Of a stretch of 54,805 nt of DNA, positions 28,193 to 38,388 are shown one piece after another. Each line of letters begins with the position of its first letter. The stretch's first letter is position 1. The notes under the pieces were generated by a model. That model worked only from the letters and a program-made list of their open reading frames with translations. It ran no database searches and was not told the origin of the DNA. This DNA is from a virus (taxonomy: Duplodnaviria > Caudoviricetes). The DNA is taken from the IMG/VR virus record IMGVR_UViG_3300029826_000003, positions 1 through 54,805 of that record. One strand, given 5' to 3'. A program made the translations under genes and the position numbers.

Positions 28193-31063
28193 ATGGCGAC
28201 TGTAGACACCTCCATATACCAGAACACCCCGGATATCTCCGGATCGATTCTGTCGCTTGTCATGATGAACAAGCTGATGGGTCGCAATCGTGACGGGCAG
28301 CCGAATTCTAATCCGTTCGGTGTGCAGGTTGATAACAATCTCGCAACAGATGCCTCGACTGAATCGCAGCAGTCCGAACCGCCTGCCGCTGCTCCGCAGA
28401 ACGGCATCAAGATTTACCAGAAGCTTCTTCAGCGTGGCATTGCGCCGGTGCAGGCCGCTGCCCTTGCGGGAAACTGGCAACAGGAATCCGGTTTTGATCC
28501 AGGGGCATGGAATGCCAAGGAAGGTGCTGGCGGAATGGGACAATGGCGTCTTGATCGTCTTGATGCGCTCAAGAAATACGCTGCGTCCAAGGGGACGAAC
28601 TGGACCGATCCCGATACGCAGATCGATTTTGCCCTGAACGAACTCCATGGGTCTGAAAAGACGGCTGGTGCTAAGTTCTTTTCCGCAAAGGACGTCGCAT
28701 CGGCCAACGCAGCGTTGAAGAGCTATATCCGCTATGGCGATAACAGTGAAGGAACTCGCCTTGGATATGCGAAAGCATTTGCGGCGCAACCGACCGAGGT
28801 CGCTTCCAATGATGGAGGCTATGTTCCGACCCAAACCCAGGTTTCCTCGCCGTCGTCTCCCGATGTACCCGTTCCGACACCGCGCCCCGATACGATGATG
28901 ACCAACGCGACCACGACGGCGGGGCAGACCGACATGTCATCAATGTCCGATGACGATCTGCTCAATGCGTATTCGAAACCGGCGCAGGAAGGCACCCCGG
29001 CCACAACGGGAGGAGAAGCAGCTTCGCCTTCTGCCGATATGAGCGATGATAGCCTTCTCAAGGCGTTCACCGGCACTCCGGAAGAAACGAAACCACCCTC
29101 TTCCACGGCCAAGGCCATTCCGGCGAATATTGCCGCCGCATCTACCTCGGAACAAAACGCCGAAGGCGGTGTAGGGACTGCTACGGCTGTGTCTGGTGGT
29201 ATCGTTTCCGGTATTCCTGTCGTCGGTCCGCTTCTCGAGGGCGGAGCACAGAGAGCTGCCGCCGCGATCCGTTCCTATCTTTACGACACTCCGTATCAGG
29301 ATGAACTCAAGGCGGTTCAGGAATACGATACGCAGGCCCGCGCGGCTCATCCGGTCGTTGAAACAGGAGGAAAGATCGCAGGTGCAATTCTCGGTACGGC
29401 TCCGCTTGTTGCCGCGGCTCCCGGTGCATTCGGTCTTGGTGCAGGATCGCTTGCCGCACGAAGCGGAGCGGCTGCGATGTCAGGTGGCGCGCTCGGAGCT
29501 GCCGATTCCGCAATGCGGTCCAAGGGCACCATTCGATCGAGAGCAGAACAGACCATTGCCGGAGGCTTTCTGGGAGGCGTTCTAGGTGCGGCTGCTCCGG
29601 GGGCTGGACAGGCCATGGGATGGGTTGGAAACAAGCTCATTGGTCTTGTCCGCAGTCCGTCACCGACTGCATCGGCGGCGCGAAACATGATCAGCGGCGT
29701 CGAGATGGCCGGCCAGACGCCGCAGGAAATCGGTGCGCGTCTTGCGCAAAACCCTTCGCTTGCGCCGATGGACGTTTCTGATCCACTCCTCGTGCGCGGA
29801 CTTGGAATAGCCACGCAGCCGAATCAGACCGGGCGACAGATCCTTTCCGATGCGGTCAAGGCCCGTGTCGAGAGCGCCCCGCTGGCTGTACAGACTTCAT
29901 ACGATGCAGCTCTTGGCAAAGTTCCCAATGTCAAGACCTTGGTCGATGATCTCGCGAATACGGCAAAGATCAATGCGCGCCGTGGATTTTCTGAAGCGCT
30001 CGATAATGCAAAGCCGGTCGACGTTTCCAATGTCATTTCCAGGATCGACGAAATCGTGAACCCCGGCATCACGGGGAAAGTCACCAATCCAGGGTCTGCG
30101 CTTCCTCCTTCGCGTGGAGAACAAATGCTGTTGCGACTCAAGCAGCAGATTACGAATGGAAAGGAGCAATTGACCGATCCGCAGAAATTGCACCAGATCC
30201 AGACCAGGCTCAGGGTACAGGCCGATACGCTCGCCAAGAGCGCAAATGGAGAGGATCGCCTGATCGCATCCGATCTTCGCGATGTACGCCAGAGCCTCAT
30301 TGACTCGATCGACGCGGCAAGCGGCGGCAAATATCGGCCAGCACAGGCTCAGTATGCCGATGACATGAGCATTCGAAGCGCCTTCGACAAAGGTCTTTCC
30401 ATCTTCAAGAACAGGAGCGGAGAGACCGGAATCGAGGACCGTCCCGAATTCTGGCAGTCATGGTTGCAGGAGCATCAATCCCCGGAGGAGTTGCAGGCGC
30501 TCAAGCAGGGCGTTCGCGTTGCCGTGGACCAGAGCATGCAGTCGGTTCGCAATGCGGCGCTCAAGGGTGAGACGCTGCCCGAAATAGGCTTCAACAAGGA
30601 CAAGCTTGCGCTCATCGTGGGAAATGAACAAGCCGAAAAGATTGCGCAGCAAATGGCCGATTTCCGCCAGATGTCGCAATCCAATGCCCTGCTCATGTCG
30701 AACTCGAAAACGGCACTCGCTCAGGAATCGCGCAAGGCAGTCGAAATGCCGCAACCTCCCAGTTTCGGAAATCTCAGCAGAAATACGGCTGTAGGCATGG
30801 CAACTGCGCTTCCAATGAAAGCCGGTGGTGCTGGAATCAATCGTGTCATGCAGGCTTATGCAAATGCCCGCAATGCGACGATCGCACGGGCTATTTCCGA
30901 AGGTGGTGGAGGCCAGTTCAACCAGCTCATGCAGAACGTGGCTAGAGAACGCGCCTTGCGCGCTGCTGCGGCACGAGGGCTGGAAGTCGGCACAAACATG
31001 CTCGTATCGCGAGGTGTCCCGCGATACGTCTATGACAAATATATCGATCAGTCGAAGCGATAG
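28193..31063 (+). CDS. large DNA ejection protein with phage tail lysozyme-like domain
   Basis: AAALAGNWQQESGFDP...GMGQW...RL..L...Q.DFALNEL; 956 aa. Confidence 0.85.
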   Translation: MATVDTSIYQNTPDISGSILSLVMMNKLMGRNRDGQPNSNPFGVQVDNNLATDASTESQQSEPPAAAPQNGIKIYQKLLQRGIAPVQAAALAGNWQQESGFDPGAWNAKEGAGGMGQWRLDRLDALKKYAASKGTNWTDPDTQIDFALNELHGSEKTAGAKFFSAKDVASANAALKSYIRYGDNSEGTRLGYAKAFAAQPTEVASNDGGYVPTQTQVSSPSSPDVPVPTPRPDTMMTNATTTAGQTDMSSMSDDDLLNAYSKPAQEGTPATTGGEAASPSADMSDDSLLKAFTGTPEETKPPSSTAKAIPANIAAASTSEQNAEGGVGTATAVSGGIVSGIPVVGPLLEGGAQRAAAAIRSYLYDTPYQDELKAVQEYDTQARAAHPVVETGGKIAGAILGTAPLVAAAPGAFGLGAGSLAARSGAAAMSGGALGAADSAMRSKGTIRSRAEQTIAGGFLGGVLGAAAPGAGQAMGWVGNKLIGLVRSPSPTASAARNMISGVEMAGQTPQEIGARLAQNPSLAPMDVSDPLLVRGLGIATQPNQTGRQILSDAVKARVESAPLAVQTSYDAALGKVPNVKTLVDDLANTAKINARRGFSEALDNAKPVDVSNVISRIDEIVNPGITGKVTNPGSALPPSRGEQMLLRLKQQITNGKEQLTDPQKLHQIQTRLRVQADTLAKSANGEDRLIASDLRDVRQSLIDSIDAASGGKYRPAQAQYADDMSIRSAFDKGLSIFKNRSGETGIEDRPEFWQSWLQEHQSPEELQALKQGVRVAVDQSMQSVRNAALKGETLPEIGFNKDKLALIVGNEQAEKIAQQMADFRQMSQSNALLMSNSKTALAQESRKAVEMPQPPSFGNLSRNTAVGMATALPMKAGGAGINRVMQAYANARNATIARAISEGGGGQFNQLMQNVARERALRAAAARGLEVGTNMLVSRGVPRYVYDKYIDQSKR

Positions 31064-31452
31064 TAGACCTTGTCCTGCTCGGCCTGTTCCTGTTTTTCCT
31101 TCCTCTCGAAATAGAGTCCGATGGACAAAATCGAGTACATGAAGGCAAAGGAAGCGCCGACACCCCAAAGGGTGTGCCATGTCACGCCATTCTGGGTGAT
31201 TACCAGAAAAACGAGACTGCACATCGCGCCGAAGACGAACAAGACCCATCCGAACAGGCCACGGCTCATCGTCGCCAGTTCCTTGGGGAAACCGATGGCG
31301 ATGAACGCCATGACCGTTCCGAAGAATACCCCGATGGCAAAGTCAAAATCGACCCCGTACACGAGATAATTCGCGATGAGATATATCCCGACGAAGACGG
31401 CAATGCTGAATACCGTCATGAACGCGGTAACCAGAAACCTTAGAATTATCAT
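31048..31452 (-). CDS. four-TM membrane protein, possible superinfection exclusion
   Basis: Four hydrophobic segments; GAGGGG RBS; antisense within the late operon. Confidence 0.65.
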   Translation of the reverse strand: MIILRFLVTAFMTVFSIAVFVGIYLIANYLVYGVDFDFAIGVFFGTVMAFIAIGFPKELATMSRGLFGWVLFVFGAMCSLVFLVITQNGVTWHTLWGVGASFAFMYSILSIGLYFERKEKQEQAEQDKVYYRFD

Positions 31453-31481
31453 CCTGCTTCCCCTCACTTGAGATTGATGAA

Positions 31482-32672
31482 ATGGCAACGATTCTTCCCG
31501 AAGGCATGTCATCGTTTTACGACAACAACGGAAATCCGCTCTCCGGTGGAACCATCGACTTCTATATTCCGAACACCACGACGCGGAAGGATACGTACAA
31601 GGATTCTGGACAAACAATCGTCAATTCCAATCCCATAGTCCTCGATTCCGCAGGCCGCGCCGTGATCTACGGAACCGGATCGTACCGCGAGGTTCTCAAG
31701 GATTCCAGCGGAAATCTGATTTTTGATGTCGTTACGTCCGAAGCCGTTGTTTCGAGCCTTTCGGCAGGTGGAACGAGCACCGGCACAGAAGACGCACAGG
31801 TTGTTTCCGCAGGCGTCTTTTCCTTTCTCGATGGGCAGACGATCGTCTTTACCGCCGGCTTTACGAATACGGGTGCAATGACGATCCAGGTGGGTAGCGC
31901 CACCCCGGTCGCTCTTCTGAAAAACAGCGCTGGCGGCCCTGTCAATCTCGCTGCTGGCGACATCGTTGCGGGCAACATCTATCTCATTGCCTATTCGCTC
32001 TCCAATGGCAATTTCCAGCTCCTCCAGTCCATCCCGCCCGTCATTACCATCGCATCGCAGGCCGAAGCAGAGGCCGGGACGAACAACACGAACATGATGA
32101 CGCCGTTGCGCACCGCGCAGGCGCTCACTTACCAGCTTCCCGCCGCGGCCGTCGCTGCTTCCCTCGTTACGACGACGGATCTCCAGAACGCACAGGCGCT
32201 CTTTCATGTACGGGAGGAACAATCGAACGGCGTATCAAGTTCTGGTGGTGGAATTTCTGTATCGACATGGTCAACGAGGGTCCTGAATACCGTTGTAACG
32301 GCCGGCATAAGCGGGGCTTCTCTGGCAAGCAACGCTATCATTCTTCCGGCCGGAACATATTACATAGACGCCACGTCGCCCGTAGGGATAACCGGGACAT
32401 CGACGATTGCTCTTTATTGCCGTCTTAGTATCTATAATACGACGGCGGCATCCACGATCATCTCCGGATCATCCTCCTATGGATTTGACAATTCTGGAAT
32501 CAGCGGTGCGGTTGCGTTCTGTCGCGGGGAATTCACGTTGGCCGCAACAAGCTCGCTTTATCTTCGGGTCTTCGTAACCAAATCAGGAAGCCCGTCGCTC
32601 AATTCTGGAAGGCCGTCCAACAGCGGTCTCAACGAAGTCTATTCCGAAGCCCTGATCTGGCAGCGCGCCTGA
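31482..32672 (+). CDS. tail fibre/adaptor with head-binding-like N-terminus
   Basis: FYDNNGNPLSGG...NPIVLDSAGRA; ASQAEAEAGT..MTPLRT. Confidence 0.8.
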   Translation: MATILPEGMSSFYDNNGNPLSGGTIDFYIPNTTTRKDTYKDSGQTIVNSNPIVLDSAGRAVIYGTGSYREVLKDSSGNLIFDVVTSEAVVSSLSAGGTSTGTEDAQVVSAGVFSFLDGQTIVFTAGFTNTGAMTIQVGSATPVALLKNSAGGPVNLAAGDIVAGNIYLIAYSLSNGNFQLLQSIPPVITIASQAEAEAGTNNTNMMTPLRTAQALTYQLPAAAVAASLVTTTDLQNAQALFHVREEQSNGVSSSGGGISVSTWSTRVLNTVVTAGISGASLASNAIILPAGTYYIDATSPVGITGTSTIALYCRLSIYNTTAASTIISGSSSYGFDNSGISGAVAFCRGEFTLAATSSLYLRVFVTKSGSPSLNSGRPSNSGLNEVYSEALIWQRA

Positions 32673-32689
32673 ACACAAGGAATCATTGA

Positions 32690-34987
32690 ATGCCCGATAT
32701 TGCCTCCCCCTACTGGCGTGAAATGGATCTGGAGAACGATCAGATCCAGCCCAACGGATTTCCGCCCGGCATGCCGGCTTATATCGACCAGTCCGGCCGA
32801 ATGGTCATGGGGGCGATTAAACGATCATGGGACAGGTCGAATCCTCTCTACGAAACGACCGGCGTTTCCGATACCTATATCGTGACGCCCGCAGCGGATA
32901 CGCTTTCGCTCAATCTGTACGAAATCATCCGTGTTCGGGCTCATGCTTCCAATACGACCACGACGCCGACGCTTCAGTTTTCGAAGACTGCAGCGGCCGT
33001 CATCATCAAGGTCGGCTCAGCGGGTACGACAGCGCTCGTTGCGGGCGATATTCTCGCCGGAGCCGATCATTCGTTCTGGTGGAACGGCACGAACTGGATT
33101 CTTTCCAATCCAGCCAGCGGAACGCTCGGAGACGTCGAAGGTCCGGCATCTGCCGTAGACGGAAATTTTGCGGCATTCGATGGGACGACTGGAAAGCTCA
33201 TCAAGGATAGCGGGTCTGCCGCTGCATCCTTTGCTACCGCTGCGCAGGGCGCGTTGGCTGACACGTCGCTTCAGTCTGGTGATATCGGATCGACGGTACA
33301 GCCGTATAGTCCCAACCTCGATGCATGGGCCTTGACGACGACGGCGGAAAAGCTGTCGACAGCATCCAATCTGGGCGATCTTGCCGATGTCGGTCAGGCC
33401 AATCTCAATCTAGGTCTTTCGACACGTGTCGGCAAATATGCGGTCGCGCCATCCACGGCGGCGCTGCAGGCGGCTATCGATGCGATAGCCGCTGATCTCG
33501 CAACCGGCGATCCGACTCGTCACGCCTATCTTGATATCGGTCCCGGCAGCTTTTCGCTTGGCCAGATCGTACTCAAGGATCGCGTCATTTTGCGTGGTGC
33601 GGGACCTCAGGCAACTGAGATCAAGCTGGCAAACGGAACCAACATTGACCTGATCCAGAGCGTCAATTTCAATACTCTTACCGGCACCAATAAATGGCTT
33701 GCCGCCGATGGCGTCCCGTCCTTCATCGGACTTGAGAAACTGCGACTCAACGGCAACAAGGTCAACCAGACGGCGGGCCGCTGCATGTCGCTCTATGCCA
33801 AAGGCCTCTATTTTGACAACGTCATCATCACTGACGCCTTCAGCGACGGCATTTACAGCGAATGCGGCGAAAACCCCGGCGTCAGCACCTGGGATACGCT
33901 GCCGGAGGGCTGTACAGGCCTGCTGCAAATCCTGCAGTGCGGTGGCCACGGCTGGTTCATGCGCGGGCCGCACGATCTCTTCGTCAAGAAGGTTACCAGC
34001 CTCATCAACGATGGCAGCGGCATGGTCGTGCAGAGCGCAGCCGGATCCTATATGGCATCGGTCGACCTCGACATGATCCATTGCTACGCCAATGGCGGCT
34101 ACGGCCTGCAAACGATCGGGTCCGAGGTAAGGGCCTCGATCGCGCGCCTTGAGGACAATTACGGTCCGGGCTTCTATTCGCAGGGCGCGAAGAACTGCAT
34201 GTTCGGCCTGATGAGCCTCTTCGATAATTGTCGCACAAACGGGGATTATCAGGCGGTTCTCGACGCGAACAGCAGCTACAACACGCTCAACGTCCGCGCA
34301 CGGACCGTCGGCCGCGCGGCCGCCGGCGGGATCCAGATCGCCGGCGGAAACAACTCGCTCAGCGGCCGCATCGGTGGCGACGTCAGCGGAGGCGGAAACT
34401 CCACCGGAATCGGTCTCGACATCAACAACTGCGGCTTCAACAACGTTGACATCGTTATCCACGATTTCAGCGGAGCAGGCGGAATCGGCCTGCGTACCCA
34501 GTCGGCGGCACAGATCTTCTGGTCCCGTGTCGCGGCCATCATCCAGAACTGCGATACGCTTTGGAGCAACGGCGTCGCGGGAACCAACAATCACTTCGAC
34601 ATAGTTGGTGACTGCACTGCGGCGCAGACACGATTTGCAGGCGTCGGTCCAAACACTGGAGATCCACGCGAACAAATCAATGCACATCTCTACAAGACCG
34701 GTACCGGCGTTCTCGCATCAAGGGCAAAGATCTCTGCTGACATCGATCTCAATTCTACGGCGGAGCAGGCGATCTCCGTCAATCCCAAACTGTTGGCCGC
34801 ACCGAAGAAAGAGGACGTGAAGGTCTCTATCTCGACGTCCGCCTATGCAGGAACTGCCGCGGCTATCCAGTACCTCTATGTCCGCGAGGACCTGCTGACA
34901 GCGACCAACATCACCGTGATGGCCAAGCTATCGACCGCGCTCGGAACTGCCTTCACCGGAAAAATCAACATTGATGTCTCGCTCTAG
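32690..34987 (+). CDS. tailspike, pectate-lyase-like beta-helix depolymerase
   Basis: TAALQAAIDA...LRGAG..AT.IKLA followed by N/G-rich beta-helix repeats. Confidence 0.85.
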   Translation: MPDIASPYWREMDLENDQIQPNGFPPGMPAYIDQSGRMVMGAIKRSWDRSNPLYETTGVSDTYIVTPAADTLSLNLYEIIRVRAHASNTTTTPTLQFSKTAAAVIIKVGSAGTTALVAGDILAGADHSFWWNGTNWILSNPASGTLGDVEGPASAVDGNFAAFDGTTGKLIKDSGSAAASFATAAQGALADTSLQSGDIGSTVQPYSPNLDAWALTTTAEKLSTASNLGDLADVGQANLNLGLSTRVGKYAVAPSTAALQAAIDAIAADLATGDPTRHAYLDIGPGSFSLGQIVLKDRVILRGAGPQATEIKLANGTNIDLIQSVNFNTLTGTNKWLAADGVPSFIGLEKLRLNGNKVNQTAGRCMSLYAKGLYFDNVIITDAFSDGIYSECGENPGVSTWDTLPEGCTGLLQILQCGGHGWFMRGPHDLFVKKVTSLINDGSGMVVQSAAGSYMASVDLDMIHCYANGGYGLQTIGSEVRASIARLEDNYGPGFYSQGAKNCMFGLMSLFDNCRTNGDYQAVLDANSSYNTLNVRARTVGRAAAGGIQIAGGNNSLSGRIGGDVSGGGNSTGIGLDINNCGFNNVDIVIHDFSGAGGIGLRTQSAAQIFWSRVAAIIQNCDTLWSNGVAGTNNHFDIVGDCTAAQTRFAGVGPNTGDPREQINAHLYKTGTGVLASRAKISADIDLNSTAEQAISVNPKLLAAPKKEDVKVSISTSAYAGTAAAIQYLYVREDLLTATNITVMAKLSTALGTAFTGKINIDVSL

Positions 34988-34997
34988 GAGCGCCACC

Positions 34998-35675
34998 ATG
35001 CAGGGAAATTTTGCCGCCGCTTTGAAAACGGTCCTCGGCTTCGAGGGAGGCTATGTGAACAATCCAAAAGATCCCGGCGGCAAGACGAACATGGGAATCA
35101 CGCAACGCGTATATACCGCGTGGCGGCAAGCACGTGGACTTCCTGCGCAAGAGGTGCGGCAGATTTCTTCCGGAGAAGTCGCGACGATCTATCGGAATGA
35201 ATACGCCAATCCTGTGCGCTTCGATGATCTTCCGTCCGGAGTGGATCTGATCGTCTTTGACGGGGCGGTCAATTCCGGCGTCTCGCGCTCATCGAAGTGG
35301 CTCCAGAAGGCCGTCCGAGTCACGCAGGACGGACAGGTCGGCCCGCTGACATTGTCGGTGGTTTCGGCGCGCGCCCCGTCCACCGTCATCAACGCCATCG
35401 CCGACATGCGGCTTTCGTTCCTGCAGGGTCTCAGGACATGGTCTACCTTCCGCCGGGGCTGGAAGAGCCGCGTCGCGCAAGTGCGCGGCATGGCGTTGAT
35501 GCAGGCCCACCTCTCCGTCGATGCGAGAGCGCCTGCGAGCGCCGCTTCAATGACGGTCGCTGACATCGTCGCCAAACATGCTTCCGTGACCCGTAGAGGC
35601 CCGCTGAGAGCGATTTTTGATTTTCTGCTCCGAATGTCCGGACAGCGCAACGGCACTTCTCTGGCCAAAGCATAG
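34998..35675 (+). CDS. endolysin, glycoside hydrolase family 108
   Basis: EGGYVNNPKDPGGKTNMGIT; FDGAVNSG; DGQVGPLTL; F.RGW..RV. Confidence 0.93.
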   Translation: MQGNFAAALKTVLGFEGGYVNNPKDPGGKTNMGITQRVYTAWRQARGLPAQEVRQISSGEVATIYRNEYANPVRFDDLPSGVDLIVFDGAVNSGVSRSSKWLQKAVRVTQDGQVGPLTLSVVSARAPSTVINAIADMRLSFLQGLRTWSTFRRGWKSRVAQVRGMALMQAHLSVDARAPASAASMTVADIVAKHASVTRRGPLRAIFDFLLRMSGQRNGTSLAKA

Positions 35676-35697
35676 AAACCCTGAAAGGAAAATACCC

Positions 35698-36222
35698 ATG
35701 TTCCCTATTCGAATCATTCTGGCGCTGGCGCTGGTATCTCTCGCTATCGAACCTGCCTTTGCGCAGACCGCGTCCACGGTCCAGAGCTATACTATCGATT
35801 TCACGCAGATCGTTGTGGCCGTGCTTTCTCTCGTCGGCACGGTAGGCGCTGCGATCGCGACGGCATGGATCGCCAAGCTTTCCAAGTCGGCAGGGCTCAC
35901 GCTCGACCAGCAGCAACGCGATGCCATTGAAGGCGGCGCGGAAAGCGTTGCCAACATGATGATAGGCCGCATCAAGGACGGATCGATCAAACTGACGACG
36001 AAGAATGCGGCCATCGCCGAATTCACCAATCTCCTGCTGACCCACTATCCCGACGCGCTGGCTTATTTCGGTCTTGACAAGGACCCGGCGAAACTCGCCA
36101 ACCTGATCGAGGCAAGGCTGGAGAAATATGGCATCATCCCGGCCATCGCCAATGATGCAAGTGCGCCTGCCGCGGCTGCTGCTCCGGCCCCCGTTGCCGG
36201 CGTTCCTGTGGCTGGCGCATGA
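35698..36222 (+). CDS. membrane protein, holin-like
   Basis: Signal-like segment plus one TM; follows the endolysin. Confidence 0.55.
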   Translation: MFPIRIILALALVSLAIEPAFAQTASTVQSYTIDFTQIVVAVLSLVGTVGAAIATAWIAKLSKSAGLTLDQQQRDAIEGGAESVANMMIGRIKDGSIKLTTKNAAIAEFTNLLLTHYPDALAYFGLDKDPAKLANLIEARLEKYGIIPAIANDASAPAAAAAPAPVAGVPVAGA

Positions 36223-36449
36223 GCACAGTCGCGAGTGCCCTTGTGTCGGCCGTTCTGGCCGGCATTACAGCGCTCATCAAAATGTGGATGACGCAACGTC
36301 AGAACGCTACGAATGCCCAGGACGTGGGACGATTCGCAGCGGAACGCGATGCGGCGATCAAGGCAGCGGAGACGATAGATGCAATGGCACAAGCCGATTC
36401 CGGTTATGGCAATGATGCTTCTGGCAGGCTGCGTTCAGGTACCTTCTGA
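36219..36449 (+). CDS. i-spanin (Rz-like)
   Basis: N-terminal TM; overlaps a lipoprotein gene. Confidence 0.65.
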   Translation: MSTVASALVSAVLAGITALIKMWMTQRQNATNAQDVGRFAAERDAAIKAAETIDAMAQADSGYGNDASGRLRSGTF

Positions 36450-36633
36450 GGCCATTGTCCGGCCGGCATGTCCAACGATCAAGACCTATACGGCAGCGGA
36501 ACAGAAACAGGTTTCCGACGAAATCGTCTCATTGCCGCAGGATGCAGAAACACGTGTGTTCATCCGTGACTATGGCGCGCTTCGTGATCAGGTCAGGGCA
36601 TGCCGGTCGATTGGAACGAATACCTCGAAATGA
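36379..36633 (+). CDS. o-spanin lipoprotein (Rz1-like)
   Basis: Lipobox LLAG-C; DYGALRDQVRAC. Confidence 0.75.
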   Translation: MQWHKPIPVMAMMLLAGCVQVPSEAIVRPACPTIKTYTAAEQKQVSDEIVSLPQDAETRVFIRDYGALRDQVRACRSIGTNTSK

Positions 36634-37010
36634 GCCCGAAAGACCTTCTTGATACGGCGTCGCGACGGCTGGAGCCGATTGCCGAAAGCGTCTATCTGCG
36701 CTTTGTCGGTCGAGCCGTCATGGTTGCCGTAGTTCCCGTAGGAATCTTCCTGTGGGGATATCAGCTATCCACGAGCCGCGACATGCAGAAGGAAGCAAAC
36801 GATCAGGCCGTCGCGATAGGACGTCTCACAGTTCTAACTGAGCAGCTACGGGAGGACGTCAACAACCGTAGCTCAGACCGATATACAGGCGCTCAGGCCG
36901 CGCGTGACTGGCGTGAGCAGCACGATCGGGACCAGCGACAGGATTCTCGAATAGACTTACTGGAGAATCGTCTCCACAATCTGGAAGTCTCAGATCGCAA
37001 CCATCGCTAA
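36630..37010 (+). CDS. single-TM coiled-coil protein
   Basis: TM then DRYTGAQAARD. Confidence 0.65.
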   Translation: MSPKDLLDTASRRLEPIAESVYLRFVGRAVMVAVVPVGIFLWGYQLSTSRDMQKEANDQAVAIGRLTVLTEQLREDVNNRSSDRYTGAQAARDWREQHDRDQRQDSRIDLLENRLHNLEVSDRNHR

Positions 37011-37025
37011 CAGAAAGGACCACGC

Positions 37026-37367
37026 ATGCCAACGCAACACGAAATCGTACAGGCAGGTATCAAGAAATACGCCGTCATCGAAATGCGGCTCGAGCAGGCC
37101 ACGCGGACGATTCTCCAGATGGAGAAGGATTACCGCAATGCCTACAGCGAAGGCTTGTTCACGTCCGATGAATACGTCGATGCGATCAACAGAACGCGCA
37201 TGATCGCGGGCCAGATCGCGGCAGTGACTGCATCGGTCTATTCGGCCCATCGCAGTGACACCGAAATTGTCAAGAAAGCGGGCGCGGATATCGCGGAACC
37301 ATATGCCGTCGTGAAATCCATCCCAACGAATTTCGTGCGCCCCATGGACGGCGGAGGATCGCGCTGA
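37026..37367 (+). CDS. hypothetical protein
   Basis: GAAAGGA RBS. Confidence 0.7.
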   Translation: MPTQHEIVQAGIKKYAVIEMRLEQATRTILQMEKDYRNAYSEGLFTSDEYVDAINRTRMIAGQIAAVTASVYSAHRSDTEIVKKAGADIAEPYAVVKSIPTNFVRPMDGGGSR

Positions 37368-37368
37368 A

Positions 37369-37857
37369 ATGAGTTGGTATTGGACGGCACTAGGCGCTTT
37401 CGCGCTCTTCGTCGTCGCGTTCTCGTGGAAGGTTCCGAGAGCGTGGCTATGGATAGGATTGGGGGCGGTTTCGTTCGTCGCTTCTTCCATATGGTGGGAC
37501 AATGGACTCCCCTATGGAGCATGGTTTGGCGGCATAACGGACCTCGTCATATGCCTCCTGATCACCGAAACAGCGCGATACAGGTGGGAACTGTGGTTCT
37601 CCTACGCCTTCGGCCTCATGATGCTCGTCGATGCGCTCAATCTCATGGGGGCGGTGCCAAGTCATTACGTTTTCGCCGTCACCCTCGAATTGCTTAACTG
37701 GGCCGCGCTCTTCGTCATTTTCATTACGGCACTATTGCAATGGATCGGGCAGGATGTCGTTTTTTCTGGGTGGGCTTCTCATCTTGGGGCTGGTCGTCTT
37801 TATCGTGCGCTCCACACGAAAAGGCGAGCGCCTGCGTGGTGGCGAATCAAAGGATGA
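37369..37857 (+). CDS. multi-pass membrane protein
   Basis: About 5 hydrophobic segments. Confidence 0.7.
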   Translation: MSWYWTALGAFALFVVAFSWKVPRAWLWIGLGAVSFVASSIWWDNGLPYGAWFGGITDLVICLLITETARYRWELWFSYAFGLMMLVDALNLMGAVPSHYVFAVTLELLNWAALFVIFITALLQWIGQDVVFSGWASHLGAGRLYRALHTKRRAPAWWRIKG

Positions 37858-38174
37858 CGCCAGATCCAGGCGCAGACCTTCTTGAAAAGATTATCGGAGC
37901 GTCCAGCGGCAGTCTGCTAGCCGTTATCCTGATCCCTCCGAGATCTCGCAAGGAGTTCGGGCGTCGCATCATATCCAGTATCATCGGCGGCATCGTCTTC
38001 GCTTCACCGGCTCGCGATATGGTTTCCTTTGCCAAAGACGGCGATGGGCTTCTTGCCGGCGCTTGTCTCGCTGGATTCAGCATATGGTGGGCAGGTGGCG
38101 CCTTGATCCGTATCATTCAGACGTGGAAGCCTCCCGTTCCGAATCCGGAGGAAGAGAAAGAAGCCGCTGAGTAA
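37854..38174 (+). CDS. holin-like membrane protein
   Basis: 3 TM segments; GASSGS...AG..AGF..WW..G. Confidence 0.6.
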   Translation: MTPDPGADLLEKIIGASSGSLLAVILIPPRSRKEFGRRIISSIIGGIVFASPARDMVSFAKDGDGLLAGACLAGFSIWWAGGALIRIIQTWKPPVPNPEEEKEAAE

Positions 38175-38379
38175 CCCGATCTCCTCTCGAGCGGAGAGGT
38201 TCATGACCACTGATCCTGTTCAAATTTCCCTGCTTGGCTTCGGCCGGCAGGGGATTTTTTCTATTTTTGCCTCCGAGAAGATCGAAGACGGTCATCACGG
38301 TGATCATGACAAGCAAGCACCCGATCGGCCAGACGATAGCGCCAATGGGACTCGCCAGGAAAAGGATGAAATTGAGCAT
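38113..38379 (-). CDS. small membrane protein
   Basis: Hydrophobic N-terminus; end of the leftward accessory arm. Confidence 0.4.
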   Translation of the reverse strand: MLNFILFLASPIGAIVWPIGCLLVMITVMTVFDLLGGKNRKNPLPAEAKQGNLNRISGHEPLRSRGDRVTQRLLSLPPDSEREASTSE

Positions 38380-38388
38380 CTGAGCATC

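Noticed and set aside
33410-34687. Long antisense ORFs (also 27596-28834, 17432-18244, 9775-10626, 289-837)
   Set aside because: They shadow well-supported genes on the opposite strand in GC-rich DNA and show no motifs or RBS.
32690-34987. Diversity-generating retroelement target
   Set aside because: I saw no reverse transcriptase and no template/variable repeat pair.
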